From positions 4,166 to 68,165 of the forward strand of contig JAJFIX010000023.1 of NCBI GenBank assembly GCA_021774575.1: a DNA stretch of 64,000 bases, read 5' to 3'. The notes under the pieces are model-generated. The model was not told where the DNA came from, made no database searches, and worked only from the letters and a program-made list of their open reading frames with translations. Below are positions 59,251-64,000 of this stretch, in pieces; the stretch's first letter is position 1; each line of letters begins with the position of its first letter. Made by a program: the position numbers and the translations under genes. Source of the DNA: Alphaproteobacteria bacterium (lineage in GTDB: Bacteria > Pseudomonadota > Alphaproteobacteria > UBA6615).

Positions 59251-59652
59251 TTAGTCTTGCCTTGCCGAGTGGTGCGAGAAAACCCAGCAAAAAAATCGGT
59301 TCGCAAGTCGCGCCAAAAAAGCACCGGCAACCACGCCAACTGTATTAACCAGAGCATCGGAGAAGGACACCATGCGACCGGGGGTTTGAGTTTGGGCAAG
59401 CTCAATACCTACTCCAACTAATATGAGATAAAGCAGGGCGGCCAAGATCGGCAATGGTTGACGCAGCGCAACAGCAATCCACCCCGCGAGAGCGAAATAA
59501 ACGGCAAAATGCAGAATCTTATCGTTTTGGTGATGCACAGGCGGCGCAAATTGCGGCATCAGTGATGTGATTGTAACCCCCAGGATCACTGCGAGCCAAA
59601 GACCTAAAATCCCGAACCGTATGCCGGTCCACTGTACGATACCTTGCTTCAT
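59251..59652 (-). CDS. VanZ-family membrane protein
   Basis: Roughly 130 aa with four TM segments and 'KILHFAVYFALAG'. The six-frame ORF extends further upstream, but its N-terminal extension has no TM or domain. Confidence 0.55.
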   Translation of the reverse strand: MKQGIVQWTGIRFGILGLWLAVILGVTITSLMPQFAPPVHHQNDKILHFAVYFALAGWIAVALRQPLPILAALLYLILVGVGIELAQTQTPGRMVSFSDALVNTVGVVAGAFLARLANRFFCWVFSHHSARQD

Positions 59653-59888
59653 ACGTCCTCTACTGACTGGCGCCGACCTATAAACCAACAAAGTTACCCT
59701 TGCAATATGTAGGGGCAAAATGTGGGGTTGTTGATCGGCTGTGTTGCTGCTGTTATCCTCGTGGATAACACGGTTGGCCTGGAGTGTTTCCTCGGCCCGT
59801 AGCGCTATGGGCGTCGTTGATTTTGCCAAAGACCCTGCTAAACAGATTTTTTCGGCGTCGTTCGGCCGTTCCCGCCGAGACAGCGCGC

Positions 59889-60635
59889 ATGCCTGACGGC
59901 CAAATTGTCTACGCAATTGGCGATATCCACGGGCGCGACGATTTACTGCAAGAGTTGGTTGCGAAAATTACCACGAATATTATCAGTGGAACTGGTACTG
60001 GAATGAGCGAGGGCTCGCTCAAACCGGTGCTGATATTTCTCGGCGATTACATCGACCGAGGGAGCGGGGCTAAGGCTGTTATCGATTTTCTCTTATCAAA
60101 TGTGATGGCACCGTTCGAGACGCGGTTCCTACGCGGTAATCACGAGGCCAGCTTGTTGGACTTTCTTCGCGACGGTGTAGGCGGCCCACAATGGGCGCAA
60201 TATGGTGGTTTAGATACTTTGCGGGCATACGGGGTCGTGCCGCCGGCTAGAATGTTTGACCCGAACGCCTGGGCGCGCGCCAGAGAGCAGCTGGCTGAGT
60301 GCCTGCCGCGGGCACATCTACGTTTTTTCGAGATGCTTGAACCTTATGCGATCTACGGTGGCTATTGTTTTGTGCATGCTGGCCTCCGTCCTGGGGTGCC
60401 AATCGCCGACCAGGCCGAAGAGGATTTGATGTGGATTCGTGATGAATTTTTGAACCATAACCGGCCTTTTGAACATATCGTAGTGCACGGTCACTCAGCG
60501 AGTATGGAGCCCGACCAAGGTAAATTCCGAATGGGTATAGATACCGGCGCCTATATTACAGGGCGGCTAACCTCTGCCCGTTTCGAAGCGGACCAAGTTT
60601 CGTTTATTCAGACTGGTCCAAATAGGGCGTCTTAG
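59889..60635 (+). CDS. PPP-family Ser/Thr phosphoprotein phosphatase / metallophosphoesterase (ApaH/PrpE-like)
   Basis: 'IYAIGDIHGR', 'LGDYIDRG', 'LRGNHE' metallophosphatase motifs. Start trimmed to ATG 59889. Confidence 0.8.
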   Translation: MPDGQIVYAIGDIHGRDDLLQELVAKITTNIISGTGTGMSEGSLKPVLIFLGDYIDRGSGAKAVIDFLLSNVMAPFETRFLRGNHEASLLDFLRDGVGGPQWAQYGGLDTLRAYGVVPPARMFDPNAWARAREQLAECLPRAHLRFFEMLEPYAIYGGYCFVHAGLRPGVPIADQAEEDLMWIRDEFLNHNRPFEHIVVHGHSASMEPDQGKFRMGIDTGAYITGRLTSARFEADQVSFIQTGPNRAS

Positions 60636-60790
60636 TTTATGTTGATAATGTTCATTTTCGAGCGTACAGGCTCGTAGTATCACCAGCGTGACAAGCAACC
60701 AACGAGCTGGCGCATAGGCAGGCAACGCCCTTGGCCGTCTCCTTGGAGTGTTGGAATTTGACAGTATATCGAATATTTGAGGTAGTTCGT

Positions 60791-61396
60791 ATGAAGCAAA
60801 TAATTATAGTTTTCATATGCTTGGCACTCATCGTCGGCCTTGCTGCGTGTGGCGGGGGGGATTTTTCCAATTTTCGTGACAGCGATCTCGGCACTGATGG
60901 TGAACATTCCGAAATCGGCCTCGGCACTGCAGCTAGCACCGAGTACGAGCTTGGGGCGGGCGACCAGCTGCGGCTGATCGTGTTCGGAGAGGAAGATTTG
61001 TCCGGGGAATTTCTGGTCGACGGCTCCGGGTATGTGTCGCTGCCGTTGATTGGCGAAGTTCAGGCGGAAAATCACACCGTGCGCGAATTTCAACAAGCGG
61101 TGGAAGAAGAGCTACGGGGAGGGTTCTTAAATGAACCCAGGGTTAGTGCCGAAGTTTTGAATTTTCGGCCGTTCTACATAATGGGTGAGGTCGAGACCCC
61201 TGGAGAATACCCCTATACCGACGGTTTGACCGTGCTCAAGGCCGTCGCCACCGCTGAGGGTTTTACCTTTCGAGCTAATACGCGCCGGGTTTTTATCAAG
61301 CGGGCAGGTGAGGAGGGCGAAATTGAGGCGCCGCTGACCACTGAAACGCAAGTGTTTCCCGGCGATACGGTTCGTATCGTCGAACGGTTTTTCTAG
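60791..61396 (+). CDS. polysaccharide export outer-membrane lipoprotein (Wza/ExoF Poly_export + SLBB)
   Basis: Lipoprotein signal 'LIVGLAACGG'. 'YELGAGDQLRLIVFGE...GEVQAEN' is a Poly_export motif. Short (~200 aa) form. Confidence 0.75.
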   Translation: MKQIIIVFICLALIVGLAACGGGDFSNFRDSDLGTDGEHSEIGLGTAASTEYELGAGDQLRLIVFGEEDLSGEFLVDGSGYVSLPLIGEVQAENHTVREFQQAVEEELRGGFLNEPRVSAEVLNFRPFYIMGEVETPGEYPYTDGLTVLKAVATAEGFTFRANTRRVFIKRAGEEGEIEAPLTTETQVFPGDTVRIVERFF

Positions 61397-61506
61397 AAGT
61401 TGACTTGAGGTTGCATAAATGCCCCTAAACGGGGTATGTTTTGTTGCTCGGCTTGGTGGTCGAGCGTTCTTAAGGTGCATGAGTCTTTGAATCAGGAATT
61501 ATAGTT

Positions 61507-61956
61507 ATGGCAGTATTTTTGAAGAGGGTTCTCGTTGCTGCAATGTTGGCAGTATTGCCGATGGCGGCGATCGGCATAACAAATTCGGTGGTTGCACAGA
61601 GCCTAACTCCTGCGGAGCAGCTCGCCCAGCAGATTGAGGCAGCGATAGCCGCGCTGGGGCCCGATGCGACGGAGGCCGATATATTGGCCGAGATATCCAG
61701 TGTGGTCGCCTCCAGCAATGTGTCGAACGCTGTTGCCTTAAGCGCCCTTGGAATTGTTCAAACGAACGCGAATAATTCAAATAGCCCGGTCGCGGCAACA
61801 ATTGGTGGTGCCGTGAGTTCAGCCATTACCACGCGGACAGCGAATAACACTGGTGGCAGCGGCGGTGGATCCGGAGGCAGCGGTGGCGGCCTTGGCGGCG
61901 GTCCAAATACCGGTGGCGGTGGTGGCGGCGGCGGTGGCTCGGATTACACGGGTTAA
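61507..61956 (+). CDS. secreted hypothetical protein with Gly-rich C-terminal tail
   Basis: Signal peptide, a helical Ala-rich core and '(GGS/GGG)n' low complexity at the C-terminus. Confidence 0.4.
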   Translation: MAVFLKRVLVAAMLAVLPMAAIGITNSVVAQSLTPAEQLAQQIEAAIAALGPDATEADILAEISSVVASSNVSNAVALSALGIVQTNANNSNSPVAATIGGAVSSAITTRTANNTGGSGGGSGGSGGGLGGGPNTGGGGGGGGGSDYTG

Positions 61957-62274
61957 TTCGCGACCCCCGTCTCGAACACAGAGCCTGGGGTATGGTGGGC
62001 GTCGCCACGAAAAGGCGCGCCCTCTTACCGCGAGTCTACTTCTGAAGCTATTTACGGTTGTTGCCGCGACGTGGTGGTTTGTCGACCTCTTGGCGACTCG
62101 CAATTTATATACCAAGGGCGGTCACGTTTGTTTCTAACGCCGTCGAAATTCTAGACTAGGCGCGTTAATCGATCGCATTGCAGCATTCGACAGGCACTGG
62201 CCTGTGTCCCGTTTTACACTTTTCAGTATTGCATTCGGGCGATTGAGAAAATAGTTCGAGAATTTTAAGCTGCC

Positions 62275-62619
62275 TCATTCGCCTACTTTTTTGAGTGCAA
62301 CAGGGTCGCCGTGGGGGGTCGATAAATATGCTTGCGTCCAGGCGTGTTTGAGATCGGCAAGGTCACTTGCATTCGCCAAGTCACGGGCAATAAGAAATTC
62401 CTCGAACGTGACCAGCCAAATATCATAATAGTCAGACCCGTCTTTGGGTGACCCGTTATTGTTGGCGAGCTTTAGCGCGATGGCGAATTGATCGGTCCAG
62501 TCTGACCATGAAAAATGGCCGCTGGCAGAGAGGGTATGTGTGACGGCGAAAAGCTCGGCGTGCCATGGTTCAGCGAATGCAGGTTCGGTTTTCTCGGTTC
62601 CGGCGTCATGCGGGGGCAA
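62275..62619 (-). CDS. nitrile hydratase accessory/activator protein (beta-subunit homologue, P14K-like)
   Basis: About 114 aa with similarity to the NHase beta C-region. Immediately 3' of the beta gene, with a short overlap. Confidence 0.55.
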   Translation of the reverse strand: MPPHDAGTEKTEPAFAEPWHAELFAVTHTLSASGHFSWSDWTDQFAIALKLANNNGSPKDGSDYYDIWLVTFEEFLIARDLANASDLADLKHAWTQAYLSTPHGDPVALKKVGE

Positions 62620-63277
62620 TGTAGCTCTCCCAAAGATCGACGGTTACCGTATCATGACCTGACGCCATTTCGCCCCAAAGTTCACGGGCGGTAAAGCGCA
62701 CGGTATAGAGATGTTGTGGGTCCTCCCCGGCAAGTTTTGCATTGGTATCGGGAAACACATGGGCGCCATGGCCGCTGATAATTTCTCCGATATGTCCACG
62801 AACATAGCGCGGCAACCGTGTATGACCGGAATGCATATGGCGCGCAGTTCGCACCGTGTCGCCAATACTAAACGCGGGCGGCGAAGAGGTTGCACGCGAG
62901 GAGGGGCGGCCGCGGGGAAGAAATTGCACTAACTCTGCAGTATCGACCGGCGGAGTGGCGACATCTGCGCCCGGACGTGGTTGCCCGGCAGAAATTTCTT
63001 CGGTGGTGACCAGGCCGGTGCTGACCATCAAATTGACTAGCCCGGCCAGCCATTTTTCGTAATAGGAAAAACCCAGATAATCTGCCGGAGGCAGGCATTC
63101 AATTGAATGGCGGCCACCGTCGATATTCCATTTGCGCCAGAATCCCATCAAAGATCGTATCGCCATAACCCGGGGTTCCCAGTCGGCATGAAAAACCGGC
63201 TCGTCACCTTCCCTGTCATCCTCTATGGGGATCGGTCCGAACCCTTCCACGCCGCCGAGATCGTGAACACCATCCAT
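62606..63277 (-). CDS. nthB: nitrile hydratase beta subunit
   Basis: N-terminus 'MDGVHDLGGVEGFGPI' is diagnostic. Confidence 0.85.
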   Translation of the reverse strand: MDGVHDLGGVEGFGPIPIEDDREGDEPVFHADWEPRVMAIRSLMGFWRKWNIDGGRHSIECLPPADYLGFSYYEKWLAGLVNLMVSTGLVTTEEISAGQPRPGADVATPPVDTAELVQFLPRGRPSSRATSSPPAFSIGDTVRTARHMHSGHTRLPRYVRGHIGEIISGHGAHVFPDTNAKLAGEDPQHLYTVRFTARELWGEMASGHDTVTVDLWESYIAPA

Positions 63278-63293
63278 GGGTTATGCCTCTACT

Positions 63294-63914
63294 CTAGCCC
63301 GCCTGAGGTTGAGCGGCGAGGCCAGTGCCGATCATGGAATTTCGCGTAACCAAAGATGCAAGCGTATCTAGCGAGAGAGCTTCGCTCCCTTCGGGACGTT
63401 GTGGAATGACCAGATAGCGAATTTCCGCGGTCGAATCCCAGACCCGGATTTCGGTATCGGCGGCCAGTGTAATGCCGAATTCGGCGAGTACGCCCCGCGG
63501 GTCGCGAACCACCCGGGCGCGATAAGTTGCGGATTTGTACCAGACCGGCGGTACGCCGAGCACCGGCCACGGGTAGCACGAACACAAGGTGCAGACGACG
63601 ACATTGTGGGTATGGGCCGTATTCTCGACCGCGACCATATGTTCGCCTTGCAGGCCGGAATAGCCGAGCTCGGAAATGGCTGCCGTGGCGTCGGCGAGCA
63701 ACCGGCTTCGATAGTCGGGGTCGCTCCAGGCGCGCGCAACCACGCGAGCGCCGTTTTGCGGGCCGATTTTATTTTGATAGGCGTCAATCATTGCGTCGAC
63801 GGCAGCTGGGTCGACAAGGCCCTTTTTGACCAGCAGGGTTTCGACTGCCTTCACCCGCAGGGCGGGGTCTGGCGGCAGTAACGCATGAGCATGCTGTTTG
63901 TGTGTGTCAGCCAT
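63294..63914 (-). CDS. nthA: nitrile hydratase alpha subunit, cobalt type
   Basis: Metal-binding '[15 protein letters not shown]' (Thr and Tyr indicate the Co type). Start trimmed to MADTHKQ. Confidence 0.85.
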   Translation of the reverse strand: MADTHKQHAHALLPPDPALRVKAVETLLVKKGLVDPAAVDAMIDAYQNKIGPQNGARVVARAWSDPDYRSRLLADATAAISELGYSGLQGEHMVAVENTAHTHNVVVCTLCSCYPWPVLGVPPVWYKSATYRARVVRDPRGVLAEFGITLAADTEIRVWDSTAEIRYLVIPQRPEGSEALSLDTLASLVTRNSMIGTGLAAQPQAG

Positions 63915-64000
63915 AATCTGGAACCACAATGGGTAGGTCGAAAATTGAGATTTAGAATATGTCTTTGGCAAAGGATCTGGCAATGAGTAATTGGACCTGG

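Noticed and set aside
1-64000. CRISPR arrays, tRNA or rRNA genes, prophage or integrase signatures
   Set aside because: Scanned for short direct-repeat/spacer periodicity, cloverleaf-like conserved tRNA ends near intergenic regions, and integrase or capsid-like ORFs. None seen.

Overview
This 64 kb window is high-GC (~57%), gene-dense bacterial chromosome, probably proteobacterial (alpha-like codon usage, frequent GTG starts and ATGA overlaps). Reading left to right it contains: (1) a small-molecule catabolic island: two NitT/TauT-type ABC permeases, two M24 'peptidase-like' hydrolases, an alpha/beta hydrolase, an NAD-dependent succinate-semialdehyde dehydrogenase, a LacI regulator and a HIBADH-like dehydrogenase. 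(2) Three tandem MlaC/Ttg2D-family periplasmic lipid-binding paralogues on the minus strand. (3) The most interesting region, a divergently transcribed and apparently FNR-box-controlled periplasmic metallo-redox operon I cannot assign to a known system: a secreted beta-propeller, a di-heme c-type cytochrome with duplicated cupredoxin-like modules that lack His ligands, a DsbD/CcdA-type membrane thiol-disulfide transporter with a Cys-free periplasmic N-domain, a degenerate single-Cys HMA-like protein with a Met-rich MxxMxxMxxM tail, a YVTN beta-propeller, SCO1/SenC, an FnrN-like regulator and a class I cytochrome c. (4) A 3.4k-residue DUF11/Cna-B repeat surface protein with a C-terminal beta-barrel. 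(5) A canonical urtABCDE-ureDABC-ureEF-ureG urea uptake and urease locus in which ureE and ureF are fused into one ORF. (6) A YghU-type GST. (7) An OmpR/histidine-kinase pair followed by a PepSY / DUF2271 / PepSY-TM-flavodoxin-FNR-reductase / ApbE cluster that looks like a flavinylation-dependent extracytosolic electron-transfer module. The PepSY protein carries a poly-(Asp/Asn) tail encoded by a trinucleotide microsatellite. (8) An exopolysaccharide locus (O-antigen-ligase-like, Wzc/ExoP, OM barrel, WbaP-type sugar transferase, Wza-like) with an AT-rich decayed segment. (9) A cobalt-type nitrile hydratase alpha/beta/accessory cluster at the right edge. No rRNA, tRNA, CRISPR array or intact mobile element was recognised.
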